DNA of 64,000 bases from a virus (IMGVR_UViG_3300008261_000027:32001-96000); one strand, 5' to 3'. Shown: positions 50,048 through 60,500, counted from the first letter of the stretch. Translations and numbers: made by a program. Notes: a model not told the origin generated them from the sequence alone.

Positions 50048-51116
50048 TATGGAAGATAAATTAAAAAACATAGAAAAACTAGAAGAGGCATTATTAAGAA
50101 TCAATTCAAAAGAGAATATAATTTATTTTCTTTGCTATGACACACGTGGAACCGCAAGAGCGTCGGTGAAACACATTTATGATATGGTATTAACGTTAAA
50201 TGAAAACGGTTATATCGCTAAAATATTAGTAGAAGATAAGTCATATAAGGGTGTAAAATCCTGGTTAGGTGAAAAATATGATACAATAGAAATTGTATCG
50301 ATAAAAGATGACAAAATCGAAATGAAAATCGATGATATTTTAGTTGTTCCAGAACAATATGCAAATGTTTTAGAACAAGTAGCAAATATTCGATGCACGA
50401 AGGTAATGCTAATACAACAAAAAGAATATCTTTTTGATACACTACCTATTGGTAGTAAATTTTCAGATTATGGTTTTGATAAAATAATCACAACCACCAA
50501 TGCTTCAAAAAAATATATTCAAGAATATTTTCCAGAATCATTAGTTTTTGTTATCCCACCAATTATTGAAGATTATTTTTCAAAAAATGATAAATCTTTA
50601 AAACCATTTATCGCTATAAGCTGCAGAGATAGAATTAAACATAGAAAATTCATATCTGAGTTTTATCTAAAATATCCACAACTAAGATGGATCACATTTA
50701 GAGATATGGTTCAAATGACAAACGAAGAGTTTGCACAAGGCTTGAAAGAATGTTTTGTTTCTTTTTGGGTTGATGATGATAGTACATTTGGTACATTTCC
50801 ATTAGAATCTATGAAATGTGGTGTTCCAGTAATTGGTAAAATTCCTTTGATGGAACCTGACTGGTTGAATGAAAATGGGTTTTGGACATATGATGAAAGT
50901 AAGTTAGTCGAATTACTTGGAACTTACTGTATAGCTTGGTTAGAAGGTGTTGAATTAAATGATGAGGTTATTTCAAAAATGAAAGAAACTCTATTACCAT
51001 ATGATAAAGAAATAACAAAAAATAACATTACAAATATTTTTGAATCATTTAATTTAAAAAGAAAAGAAACAATAACTAAAGGTTTAGAAAAATTAAAATT
51101 AGAAGAAACAGTATGA
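50040..51116 (+). CDS. Glycosyltransferase (GT-B-like)
   Basis: DILVVPE; STFGTFPLESMKCGVPVIG resembles the GT4 E.FG...LEAM..G.PVI motif. Confidence 0.75.
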   Translation: MINMEDKLKNIEKLEEALLRINSKENIIYFLCYDTRGTARASVKHIYDMVLTLNENGYIAKILVEDKSYKGVKSWLGEKYDTIEIVSIKDDKIEMKIDDILVVPEQYANVLEQVANIRCTKVMLIQQKEYLFDTLPIGSKFSDYGFDKIITTTNASKKYIQEYFPESLVFVIPPIIEDYFSKNDKSLKPFIAISCRDRIKHRKFISEFYLKYPQLRWITFRDMVQMTNEEFAQGLKECFVSFWVDDDSTFGTFPLESMKCGVPVIGKIPLMEPDWLNENGFWTYDESKLVELLGTYCIAWLEGVELNDEVISKMKETLLPYDKEITKNNITNIFESFNLKRKETITKGLEKLKLEETV

Positions 51117-51898
51117 AAAAAATAACAGTAATATTACCTGTTCATAAATTAGAAAATGAATACAATGACATGTTAATTAAGGCGGTAGAGTCTGTTAAAA
51201 TGTTTTATAATGATGTTAAATTATTAATTGTTGCGCCAGAAAAACTAAAAAAAGATTTATCTAAAGTAGATTTTGGTCAAAAACTAGAGATTAGTTTAAA
51301 TTTTCATAATTCCGAATCTGATTTTTGTTCACAAATAAATGAAGGGGCAAAAGCCTGTGATACTGAGTGGTTTTCAATTTTGGAAATCGATGATGAATAT
51401 CAAAAACCATGGTTAAAAAGCATTAATGAATATATGATCGAAAATCCTGAAGCCGATGCTATTTTACCGATAATCAAAGATGTTAATCCAGAAGGTACAT
51501 TTACAAATTATACAAATGAATCGGTTTGGGCATACGGTTTTTCAGAAAAACAAGGTGTTTTAGATAACGAAGTGTTAATGGAATATCAAAATTACCAAAT
51601 AAGTGGTGGTTTGTATAAAACAAAAGTTTTTTTAGATAATGGTGGGTTAAAAAACAATATTAAACTAACATTTGGTTATGAATTTTTATTGAGATTAACA
51701 CATAATGGGGCAAAAGTTATTGTTGTACCTAAAATAGGGTATAGACATGTTAACTTAAGAGAAGATTCACTTTTTTGGCTTTATAAAAATGATGAAGAAC
51801 TTAAATTAAAAGATAAAGAACCAAAATTTTGGGTAGAGACCGCAAAAAAAGAATTCTTTTTTAATAATAAACGAGATGTAAAATATAATGATGTTTAA
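51113..51898 (+). CDS. Glycosyltransferase (GT-A, GT2-like)
   Basis: ITVILPVH, INEG, WFSILEIDD (DxD-like), EFLLRL. Confidence 0.78.
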   Translation: MKKITVILPVHKLENEYNDMLIKAVESVKMFYNDVKLLIVAPEKLKKDLSKVDFGQKLEISLNFHNSESDFCSQINEGAKACDTEWFSILEIDDEYQKPWLKSINEYMIENPEADAILPIIKDVNPEGTFTNYTNESVWAYGFSEKQGVLDNEVLMEYQNYQISGGLYKTKVFLDNGGLKNNIKLTFGYEFLLRLTHNGAKVIVVPKIGYRHVNLREDSLFWLYKNDEELKLKDKEPKFWVETAKKEFFFNNKRDVKYNDV

Positions 51899-52596
51899 TG
51901 CCTAGAAAACGAACCCAAAAAGTGTATTTTGGGGAAGATCAAGAAAAGGCGGTAGTTAGATACTTAGAAAGTTCAGACGAAGCAGAAAAAAACAAGATAT
52001 TCAACGAATATTTACGAGAACCCCTGATTATCATGGTTGAAAGTATTATAAGAAGATACAAATTGTATAGGAAAGACTATGAATTTGAAGATCTTCATAC
52101 CGACACCATGTCTTTTTTAATAACAAAAATTAACAAATTCGACCACACAAAAAATCACAAAGCTTATTCCTACTTTGGCACAATATGTAAAAATTACCTC
52201 ATGGGTGCCATTCAAAAAGACACAAAAGAAACGAATAGAAGTGTGTCCTATGAGGATATTTCAGAGGATATTGAGAGTAGAGTAGATTATTCATATACAA
52301 TTGATGCAACCTTTATTGATTACGGTGATGTTATTGTTCATTTGGTCAATAAACTAGAGAAATTTATAGAAGAAGAAGATTTAACTGAAAATGAGAAAAA
52401 ACTAGGGTATGCACTATTAGAAATTTTTAGCAACTTTGAAAAGATATTCCAAATCGGGGATGGTAATAAATTCAATAAGAATTTGATTCTCTTGTCTTTA
52501 AGAGAAATGACCTCATTATCAACAAAAGAAATTAGAATTTCTCTTAAAAAGTTTAAAACTCTATACGACGGCGTTTTAGGTGGATTTTTAGATTAA
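51898..52596 (+). CDS. Phage RNA polymerase sigma factor (T4 gp55-like)
   Basis: DLHTDTMSFLITKINKFD..KAYSYFGTICKNYL resembles sigma region 2 of gp55-type factors. Confidence 0.7.
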   Translation: MPRKRTQKVYFGEDQEKAVVRYLESSDEAEKNKIFNEYLREPLIIMVESIIRRYKLYRKDYEFEDLHTDTMSFLITKINKFDHTKNHKAYSYFGTICKNYLMGAIQKDTKETNRSVSYEDISEDIESRVDYSYTIDATFIDYGDVIVHLVNKLEKFIEEEDLTENEKKLGYALLEIFSNFEKIFQIGDGNKFNKNLILLSLREMTSLSTKEIRISLKKFKTLYDGVLGGFLD

Positions 52597-52610
52597 AAAT
52601 ATTTATTAAT

Positions 52611-52994
52611 ATGAGAACATCTAATAGAAAAAATATAGCTCTAGATACCGACTCTGCATTAGCTTTAATGCAAGAGATCTACAACGATATTGTTGAACAG
52701 AAAAATACAGCAACATTAATTATGAAAAAAATGTTGTCATTTATGAAGGAATCTGAAGATATGTCCGTTATCGGGCCTGTTATCAAGGAACAACAAAAAA
52801 TATTAAACGAGTGTACAGAAAAGAAAATTTCTTTAGTAAAAATTCAAAACACATTAATCCAAAAGGGCGGCGCTACCGGAAAATTTGAACCCGGTAAAAT
52901 GACTTTAACTGATGAAGATAGAGATTTATTGGAAAAATTAATGAATAATGAGGATGATAAAGAACAACCAGACGGTAAAAAATATTCATTATAA
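52611..52994 (+). CDS. Hypothetical helical protein
   Basis: 127 aa coiled-coil-like; TATTTATT 3 nt before ATG. Confidence 0.7.
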   Translation: MRTSNRKNIALDTDSALALMQEIYNDIVEQKNTATLIMKKMLSFMKESEDMSVIGPVIKEQQKILNECTEKKISLVKIQNTLIQKGGATGKFEPGKMTLTDEDRDLLEKLMNNEDDKEQPDGKKYSL

Positions 52995-54886
52995 TGACAG
53001 ATTTAAAAGCAAAACAAAGAGAAATTGGAAACAAATTTAAAGCTATACAACAAGCCAATGAATTAAAAACTGGCGTACTTAGTGCTTTAGATAGTGCAGA
53101 TAGTGCTGTGGAGAATTTCCAAGATCAAATAGCATCAACATTAACTTCTTATTCATCTTCATTTAAAAAAAAACTTCCGAATACTGACAATATCTTTGAT
53201 AAGATAACCAGAGATTTAAAGAATATATTACCAGAAAAAAAAGAAAATGGTGAATCTTTTATAAGAAAAATCACTAGGGAATCAATAAATGAAACGTCTG
53301 ATTCAGTAAAACCAATTTTTTTAGATAATTTAAGAAAATTATTTGCTGCCAGTGACAGTGAGTTAAATTGTGGTTTGGTAACCTCAATTACGGAAGACCA
53401 ATTAACAATTTCACCAAAAGAGTTTGATTATTTACATATTTTACAAACAGATCCTCAATCAGGATTAGGTAAAATCATATATGAAGGACAAGTTAATAGG
53501 GATAAAATAAAAATGAACAAAGTTTTTTTTGAATACTTTGATTCAAGTCCTTACTCTTTTAACACCGCAGATGGAAATACTCTTTTTAGTATGCAATGGG
53601 ATAGTGCAAACCAGGTATATAATCTAAGTGGATTAACAAATAATGGTTTAACTATCGATAAATTTATAACTTCTTATTTTGAAACAATAGAATTTCCTAA
53701 AATATCTGATATTTTAAAAAATACATTATCATTAGTTGTTCCAGTTGGAGGTATTAATTCTTCTAATTCAAATTATGATATTAATTTAAATAAATTAACA
53801 AGAGTTATAAATAAATTATGTGCAGCATGCGCGGCTCCGTCAAATGATTCGCTAACACAAAATCCAATAGATCAATTTAATGAGAATGATATTGAAGCTG
53901 AATTTATTTTTGATTTTGATGATGTAGAAGGTATTGATTTAGATGATGAAAATTTAAGATATGATAAAGTTCTTAGATTTGTTGATTGTAACAATTATAA
54001 TTTACCTGTAAATCAAGACATTATAGAAGAATTTGGTTTCTTTGCTAGTACAAAAAACGATATAACTAAAGAATTTAATGACGCGTTGGCTAAAATAGCT
54101 AAAGACGCATACAACAATTCTTCAGATTCAACAATTTCAATTCCAATACCACAATTTCTAGCAAATTTAGATTCACAAACTATAAAAAATTTACCAAAAG
54201 CATTATTATCATCAATATTTTCACCTAAAATGTTTTTTCCAATAGCTGTTATCTGGAAAATGTTTAAAGCGGCTACAGTTAATACAGTGACATTAATTAC
54301 AACTTTAATAAGAAATTTAGTTAAGTTTCTTTATGGGCTATTAAAAGATATTTTTAATAAATTTTTGACTGTTTTTTGGCTAAAAGTTAGACCGCATATT
54401 GCAAAAATATTAAAAAGCTTAGCTACTAAAATATTAAGAAAATCTAAAAAGAGATATCTACTAATTGTAAAGGCTTTAATTGATATATTAACAGCATTAA
54501 TACCTTTTGTTGGTATAAAATCATGTGAAGATTTTTATAACGCAATTTTAGCCTTATTGAATTCACTAAAAGTAGGGGTATCACAAAAAATACCAGGACT
54601 ACTTTTACAATTATCAAAAAAACTTCCTGGATATAGTGAAGATAGGGCGATTATGAATATTACTGAATATCTAGAGGCAAATGGAATTCAGACTGGAGAT
54701 ATATTCGGTCAAGAAAATAATATGGTAAAATTTGTTGCGTCAATAATAAAAGGTCATCAAGATGAAATGGACCAAAATTCGTTTGTACAGGTTAGTTTAG
54801 ACGCAGGAAGTATTCCTGTCGCACCTCTTGGTGGAGCAGCAACAATCATTCCGGGATTATTAAAAGCACACGGAAAATTAACATAA
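52994..54886 (+). CDS. Hypothetical protein, probably structural
   Basis: 630 aa ORF in the same operon as the spike gene. Confidence 0.7.
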   Translation: MTDLKAKQREIGNKFKAIQQANELKTGVLSALDSADSAVENFQDQIASTLTSYSSSFKKKLPNTDNIFDKITRDLKNILPEKKENGESFIRKITRESINETSDSVKPIFLDNLRKLFAASDSELNCGLVTSITEDQLTISPKEFDYLHILQTDPQSGLGKIIYEGQVNRDKIKMNKVFFEYFDSSPYSFNTADGNTLFSMQWDSANQVYNLSGLTNNGLTIDKFITSYFETIEFPKISDILKNTLSLVVPVGGINSSNSNYDINLNKLTRVINKLCAACAAPSNDSLTQNPIDQFNENDIEAEFIFDFDDVEGIDLDDENLRYDKVLRFVDCNNYNLPVNQDIIEEFGFFASTKNDITKEFNDALAKIAKDAYNNSSDSTISIPIPQFLANLDSQTIKNLPKALLSSIFSPKMFFPIAVIWKMFKAATVNTVTLITTLIRNLVKFLYGLLKDIFNKFLTVFWLKVRPHIAKILKSLATKILRKSKKRYLLIVKALIDILTALIPFVGIKSCEDFYNAILALLNSLKVGVSQKIPGLLLQLSKKLPGYSEDRAIMNITEYLEANGIQTGDIFGQENNMVKFVASIIKGHQDEMDQNSFVQVSLDAGSIPVAPLGGAATIIPGLLKAHGKLT

Positions 54887-55083
54887 TGGACAAAAATAAA
54901 ATTATCGATATCGCTAATAATTGCGAAAATACTCCCAATAAAGATCTTGTTGAAGGTAGGGATTTTTTAATTGAGGAATTTGAAAAAACTAAAGTATTAA
55001 TTATTGATTTAACAAGACACCTTGAATCAATCGAACTTTTATATGATAAAATAAATAACGAATTAGAAAAGCGTGTAAAATGA
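54886..55083 (+). CDS. Small hypothetical coiled-coil protein
   Basis: 65 aa, start/stop overlaps on both sides. Confidence 0.65.
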   Translation: MDKNKIIDIANNCENTPNKDLVEGRDFLIEEFEKTKVLIIDLTRHLESIELLYDKINNELEKRVK

Positions 55084-56570
55084 AAATAATAGAAATTGGT
55101 AAATGTCTTGATAACAAAGATCCTAGAGGCTTCGGAAGAATTAGGGCAACCAATATTGATGAGCTAGATACCGAAAGAGCGAACTCCATCCCTAATTGGC
55201 AACAATGGTCAAAAGATGATCCGTTTGTGTATTCACCATTTCTACCAAATCATATTAATATTGTACCTAAAAAAGATCAAGCGGTTAAAATTATTAGATA
55301 CGATAGTGATAAAGTAGGTCAAAACCAAGAATATGTTTCCGGGCCATTTACAACACCACACGACTTTGGTGGACAAATCCATGATCAGCAAATAACTGAA
55401 ACAACATATGGTCAGAGAAGTAAAAAAACAGATCCAATAAAGTCTTTTGAAAAAAACATAAAAACATTTAGCGATGGATTTTTAAGGGCAGAGTCTGTTG
55501 CCTCAATACCAAAAATAGAAGATATTGCAATAAGTGGAAATTATGGGTCCGATGTTATTTTAACGGAACATGGTATCGTACTACGCGCAGGTAAACTGGT
55601 AGACAAAAACACAGCAAACCAAGAAGAAAAAGATGATTTAGCATTGTTTCCAAAATTTTCACCAAAACAATCAAAAATTTCATTAAAAAAATTCCCAGAG
55701 ACTGTTGAAGTAGCATACACCGGATTTACAGATGCTGTTGTAAGTAGAACAGATATAAAGCATCTTGTTGAATATGAATTAGATGATATATCTAGCCCAA
55801 CAGAAGTTAGGATTTATCTTTATTCAATAAAACAATCTTTTGGGGAAAAATATAAAACAGACATATTTGGGCTTAATACTGCTTTAGATAGTAACACATC
55901 TAGTTTAATTTATGAATATACAATACCATTAGTTTCTAGTGATAAAATACAGGAATCATATATTTTAATAAGAGATTTTATTGCAAAATTAGATATTGAA
56001 AAATTAAATGTTATTGATGCTTCGTTAGAAGATCAGTACGCGCACCCATTTTACTTTAGACCAAAAGCTTCCTTTAAAGAACAGCCAAATACTGCTAGTT
56101 TTTTAGAAAAAATCGTATACGGGCCAAAAAATCGTAAAAGAATTACAAATGGTCTTATTTTCAGTAGAACATCAATCGATGTTCCGGTTATTCCAAATGT
56201 AATAAGAATACCATATTTAAAGAAAATTAGTGATGTTGATCAAACTTTCGCAACAATTACTGCAGATAATATATTTTATTTATCTCAAACAAATCCAGGT
56301 GTTGGCGGCAAACAAATAGATTTTTCATCATTATCTCAATATGAGTACACTCAGGAAGATTATTTACAAAAAATTTTACCAAATACGTTTGCAACTGTGC
56401 GAGGGGAAAAATTAATCGAAATTTTAGAATTAATGACCCTAATCCTTTTAAACCATAAACACGGAATCCTAACTCCACCCAAATACTTCGAAGAAGCTAT
56501 TTCCAGCCTAAGAAAACTAATAGACAACGCAAAACAAGATATGTTAAATAATTCGATAAGAATAAATTAA
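55080..56570 (+). CDS. Baseplate central spike (gp5/gpV-like)
   Basis: N-terminal GKCLDNKDPRGFGRIRA OB-fold motif; C-terminal VRGEKL..LNHKHG (HxH apex-like). Confidence 0.7.
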   Translation: MKIIEIGKCLDNKDPRGFGRIRATNIDELDTERANSIPNWQQWSKDDPFVYSPFLPNHINIVPKKDQAVKIIRYDSDKVGQNQEYVSGPFTTPHDFGGQIHDQQITETTYGQRSKKTDPIKSFEKNIKTFSDGFLRAESVASIPKIEDIAISGNYGSDVILTEHGIVLRAGKLVDKNTANQEEKDDLALFPKFSPKQSKISLKKFPETVEVAYTGFTDAVVSRTDIKHLVEYELDDISSPTEVRIYLYSIKQSFGEKYKTDIFGLNTALDSNTSSLIYEYTIPLVSSDKIQESYILIRDFIAKLDIEKLNVIDASLEDQYAHPFYFRPKASFKEQPNTASFLEKIVYGPKNRKRITNGLIFSRTSIDVPVIPNVIRIPYLKKISDVDQTFATITADNIFYLSQTNPGVGGKQIDFSSLSQYEYTQEDYLQKILPNTFATVRGEKLIEILELMTLILLNHKHGILTPPKYFEEAISSLRKLIDNAKQDMLNNSIRIN

Positions 56571-56593
56571 TTTGATATTTATTAAATAAAAAG

Positions 56594-57964
56594 ATGTCAT
56601 ATTTTCGTTCTTATTTTGAAAAAAACAACACTATCTTAAAGGATTCTCAGGTTAATACAGCCAAAAATCCTAATACCGAACTTATATATGGTTCTACCTT
56701 CTCAAAATTTCTTTTTAAGGTGGATTTTACCGATTTAATTGCAAAAATAGATGATGGTGAATATGTTTTAGATAGTAATACCAAACACTACCTAAAAATG
56801 ACCAACACCATATTTGGCGATGAAACATTACTTAGACAAAAGAATGGTAGGGGTAGAGATAGAACATCGTCCTTTGATTTAATTGTTTTTAAAATTACGG
56901 AATTTTGGGACGAGGGCGTTGGCTTTGATTATGAAGATTCCGTTTATGATTTTACAGACGGTAACAACACTTTTGACGAAAGACCATCAAACTGGTTCAA
57001 TAGAACAACCTTAAATGAATGGGCAACCCAAGGTGTTTATAGTGATTCCCCACAAATAATAGCCACAATTCATTTTGATAATGGTAACGAAGATTTAGTT
57101 GCAGACGTGACAAATTATGTCAATGGAATAATATCCGGAGACACAAATCATGGGCTTGGTTTAGCATTTGCTGTTTTATATCAAGATATTGAAAGCGAAG
57201 TTGATCAATCGGTAGCTTTTTTTACAAAATATACACAAACGTTTTTTGAGCCATTTGTTGAATCTGTTTTTGCGGACCGAATAGATGATAATAGACAAAA
57301 TTTTGTGGAGAAAATGGACCAAAATTTATATCTATATGTCACAAAAGGAACAAATTTTTATGATTTGGATTCCGCGCCCACAGTAGACATTAAAGATGCC
57401 TCTGGAACGGTCATAACTGGTTTAGGTGACATTCAATCCGTTAAAGTTAGAAAAGGTATATACAAGATAACTTTTGGCTTAGATGGGGTTTTATGCGACG
57501 GTAAGAGATTCTATTATGATTTTTGGAAAGGTCTATCCCTAGACGGAGTATCGATCAGCAGTGTTAGTCAAAAGTTTGTACCAAAACCTTATTCAGCAAA
57601 GTTTACTGTTGGGGAAAATCAAAAAGAATTAGAAAGATATTCTGTTCAATTTTTTGGTGTTAAACTAAACGAAAAAATTAAAAGAGGTGAACTCAGAAAA
57701 ATTACTATTAATTTCAGATCAATTGATGTTCCAAAATCACAATTATTTGAAGAGGTTTATTATAGAATATATGTTAAAGAAGGTAAAACTAACGTAAATG
57801 TGTTTGACTGGACTCAATTAGATGTTACTAATGAAAACTCATTCATGCTTGATACTTCTATTTTAATTCCTAGAGAATATTTTCTAGAAATAAAAGGTAA
57901 GACACATAGTGAATTTATTTACTATAATAATGAAATAAAATTTGAGATTGTCTCAGAAAAATAA
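56594..57964 (+). CDS. Putative virion structural protein
   Basis: 456 aa beta-rich; FWDEGVG, DVTNYV, NHGLGLAF, FFTKYTQTFFEPF; TATTTATT upstream. Confidence 0.6.
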   Translation: MSYFRSYFEKNNTILKDSQVNTAKNPNTELIYGSTFSKFLFKVDFTDLIAKIDDGEYVLDSNTKHYLKMTNTIFGDETLLRQKNGRGRDRTSSFDLIVFKITEFWDEGVGFDYEDSVYDFTDGNNTFDERPSNWFNRTTLNEWATQGVYSDSPQIIATIHFDNGNEDLVADVTNYVNGIISGDTNHGLGLAFAVLYQDIESEVDQSVAFFTKYTQTFFEPFVESVFADRIDDNRQNFVEKMDQNLYLYVTKGTNFYDLDSAPTVDIKDASGTVITGLGDIQSVKVRKGIYKITFGLDGVLCDGKRFYYDFWKGLSLDGVSISSVSQKFVPKPYSAKFTVGENQKELERYSVQFFGVKLNEKIKRGELRKITINFRSIDVPKSQLFEEVYYRIYVKEGKTNVNVFDWTQLDVTNENSFMLDTSILIPREYFLEIKGKTHSEFIYYNNEIKFEIVSEK

Positions 57965-57978
57965 AATATTTATATATT

Positions 57979-58434
57979 ATGAAACTAGAAAACGTGATAA
58001 AAAAACACCTCAAAACTTTGACTGAAAATAAACAAGAAGATTATATTCACGAAAAGGGAACATATATGGTTTTACAAAACCTTGTTCTTATGAAAGAAAA
58101 TATTGAAAAAATATTGAGTATGAAAAATCACCCAGATTTTCCTAAGTGTGTAACTGGGGAACATGCTTGGGCTGGTGATCATATCGCCACATCAAAAGAT
58201 GATATTGAGGAAGTTACTGGATTCGTAAGTTCTCGTTGTGGTAGTGATGAACAACTTAACGAAATGGAAGAAATTGATGAAAGTAAAAACTGTCCAACTG
58301 ACCCAGCAAAATGGGCGGCATCAAAAGCAGCGGCAAAGTCAAAATTTAAAGTTTATCCGTCAGCTTATGCAAATGGATGGGCTGCAAAGAATTACAAAGA
58401 AAAAGGTGGTGGTTGGAAAAAATGTGAAAAATAA
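57979..58434 (+). CDS. Modular protein with C-terminal basic DUF5872-like domain
   Basis: KFKVYPSAYANGWAAKNYKEKGGGWKK; family name recalled, not searched. Confidence 0.65.
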   Translation: MKLENVIKKHLKTLTENKQEDYIHEKGTYMVLQNLVLMKENIEKILSMKNHPDFPKCVTGEHAWAGDHIATSKDDIEEVTGFVSSRCGSDEQLNEMEEIDESKNCPTDPAKWAASKAAAKSKFKVYPSAYANGWAAKNYKEKGGGWKKCEK

Positions 58435-58438
58435 AATT

Positions 58439-59422
58439 ATGAAAATACTTGTAAACGAAGAGGATTTAAAATACATTGAAGAGTCAATCATGACTGGTGA
58501 AGTCTTGAAAGAAGATCTTAGAAGATGGTTTAAAGAAAAATGGGTTGACGTATCTAGAAAGGTTGGTGGAAAACATCCACCATGTGGAAGAAAAGATGCA
58601 AACGGAAAAACGTACCCAAAATGTAGACCATCTAAAAAAGTTTCAAAGGAAACACCAAAAACATCAGGTTCATATAGTAAAAAAGAAAAGAAAGCAATGA
58701 CAGCACAAAAAAGACGTGCTGAAAAAAAAGATCCTAAAGTTGGCAAAGGTAATAAACCAACATTTGCTAGATTTGATGAAAACGTTAATAGAGACCAAAT
58801 AGTAAACCTTATTTTAAATTCGATAAATGAGGTTAAAGTCGATAATAGAGGTCCCAGAATCGTCCTTAATGAGTCTAAATCGATAATTTCAGAATCATTA
58901 ATGTATCATATAAATAACAATTTACCTCTAACAGAAAATGTTTACAGAATTTATTCTGATGAATTTTTTAAATTGTATGTAGAGGCTAAAGATTTCATGA
59001 ATAAAGGTTCAGTAGAATTTTTTGGCGATGATCTAGATTTATTACAAACAAATATTGGTGAAGTTGGTATATTTGAAGGGTCTGAAGTTTACTTAGATAT
59101 TCCATTTATTGATGGAGAAGAAGAATATCTGGTAGAAGCTAAACACAGAGGTCGAAACGTAAAATTAAATAAACCATTTAGAACCCCTGGTGGGCCTAAA
59201 AAATTCGCGGTCTATGTAAAAACTCCAGGCGGAAATATAAAAAAAGTTACCTTTGGTGACCCAAATCTTCGAGTTAGAAGCTCAAATAAAAAAGCTGCAA
59301 AATCCTTTAGAGCTAGACATAAATGTGCTCAAAAGAAAGATAGAACAACAGCTGGTTATTGGAGTTGTAACATCTCAAGATATCGTAAAGCATTAGGTAT
59401 CAAATCATCAAATCCTTGGTAA
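58439..59422 (+). CDS. Modular protein with two basic domains, possibly head-internal
   Basis: Likely start ATG 58439 (MKILVNEE); domains EDLRRWFKEKWVD..CGR..YPKCRP and EAKHRGRNVKLNKPFR..FGDP..SFRARHKC..AGYWSC. Confidence 0.75.
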   Translation: MKILVNEEDLKYIEESIMTGEVLKEDLRRWFKEKWVDVSRKVGGKHPPCGRKDANGKTYPKCRPSKKVSKETPKTSGSYSKKEKKAMTAQKRRAEKKDPKVGKGNKPTFARFDENVNRDQIVNLILNSINEVKVDNRGPRIVLNESKSIISESLMYHINNNLPLTENVYRIYSDEFFKLYVEAKDFMNKGSVEFFGDDLDLLQTNIGEVGIFEGSEVYLDIPFIDGEEEYLVEAKHRGRNVKLNKPFRTPGGPKKFAVYVKTPGGNIKKVTFGDPNLRVRSSNKKAAKSFRARHKCAQKKDRTTAGYWSCNISRYRKALGIKSSNPW

Positions 59423-59423
59423 T

Positions 59424-59897
59424 ATGATTAAATTTAGTGAAATATTTGAATCCTATTACGATGATGATGAAGGTGAATACGGATTTAAAGAAAGTAGTTT
59501 TGATGATTTAAAAATCCATTTTGAATTATTATGTTCAAAACATGAATATTCTTTGGTTAAAGATAAAAAAACAGGAATAAATTATATCACATATACCGAC
59601 AATATCAACGATTCATATCAACAGGGCTATTCGTATAAAAGTGTTGATTATGATGAAGATGGGGGTTATACATATTATGAGTTTAATGATGATACGGCAG
59701 AACTTACAGAAGACGGTATAGCATTATTTACTCAGGAAGAAGTTAAGAATGACAGAGTAACCGAAGATGTTGAACAATTTGCAAATGGTGGTGTTGATGA
59801 AGAGGTCTTGAGAATAACTAAAGAAAATCAAGGTTTAATCAATACTCATTTTTTAGATTTAATTAAAGAGTTTTTTAGTGAAAAGTATAGAAAATAA
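59424..59897 (+). CDS. Hypothetical acidic protein
   Basis: 157 aa, Asp/Glu/Tyr-rich; N-terminus MIKFSEIFES. Confidence 0.7.
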   Translation: MIKFSEIFESYYDDDEGEYGFKESSFDDLKIHFELLCSKHEYSLVKDKKTGINYITYTDNINDSYQQGYSYKSVDYDEDGGYTYYEFNDDTAELTEDGIALFTQEEVKNDRVTEDVEQFANGGVDEEVLRITKENQGLINTHFLDLIKEFFSEKYRK

Positions 59898-60168
59898 ATT
59901 ACCGTTTATTGAAGAAAAGATTGGCTCTTTTTACGAAAGAACATTTTCTAATGAGGTTAATGAGTCGGAATTAAAATGGCATTTTGACCTAGAGGACAGA
60001 ATTGTTATTTGCGAACACGAAACGGATTGGATGCTTCAAATGGACAATCAATTACCATTTAAAATTCAAAAAAATAAACAATATTTTATTTCTGAAGGGG
60101 AATATCATCGAATAATAAAAGGTAATGGAAATCTTACTGTAAAAGTATTTAAATTAACTTCATCTTAG
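59878..60168 (+). CDS. Small cupin-like protein
   Basis: WHFDLEDR and FISEGEYHRIIKG resemble the two cupin metal motifs. Confidence 0.6.
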   Translation: MKSIENKLPFIEEKIGSFYERTFSNEVNESELKWHFDLEDRIVICEHETDWMLQMDNQLPFKIQKNKQYFISEGEYHRIIKGNGNLTVKVFKLTSS

Positions 60169-60463
60169 ACCAATACCACACCCTATTATCCGAATATCTA
60201 CTGAGGCTTTTTGCCTCTTTTTTTTCCATTAATTTACTAATTTGTGATATATCCGCTTGGTTTCTAATATCTATACCAACATTAAACCCACCATCGGATT
60301 TTTCGTGAATAGTTTCCTTCATTGGTTCCACATACTTACCTTCATCATCTAGTTTAAGCATTTTTACCATCTCATCCTTTTTCATTTTACATTCAATCCC
60401 ACGTTGGTATACCATTTTTTCAAGGACGTCTGTTCGGAGCTTGCTGTAATCTGTTTCACCCAT
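60149..60463 (-). CDS. Small protein with SAP/HeH/Rho-N-like helical domain
   Basis: YSKLRTDVLEKMVYQRGIECKMKKDEMVKML; likely start ATG 60463. Confidence 0.55.
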   Translation of the reverse strand: MGETDYSKLRTDVLEKMVYQRGIECKMKKDEMVKMLKLDDEGKYVEPMKETIHEKSDGGFNVGIDIRNQADISQISKLMEKKEAKSLSRYSDNRVWYWSKMKLI

Positions 60464-60468
60464 AAATG

Positions 60469-60500
60469 CAAAAATAAAGAAAATTTTAGAATATTCCAAA
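60469..60500 (-). promoter_or_regulatory. Bacteroidota-type housekeeping promoter
   Basis: Minus strand TTTG-N20-TATTTTTG matches the -33 TTTG / -7 TAnnTTTG consensus. Confidence 0.55.

Noticed and set aside
52611-52994. Small terminase subunit
   Set aside because: Size and helicity fit, but there is no diagnostic motif and no large terminase in the window
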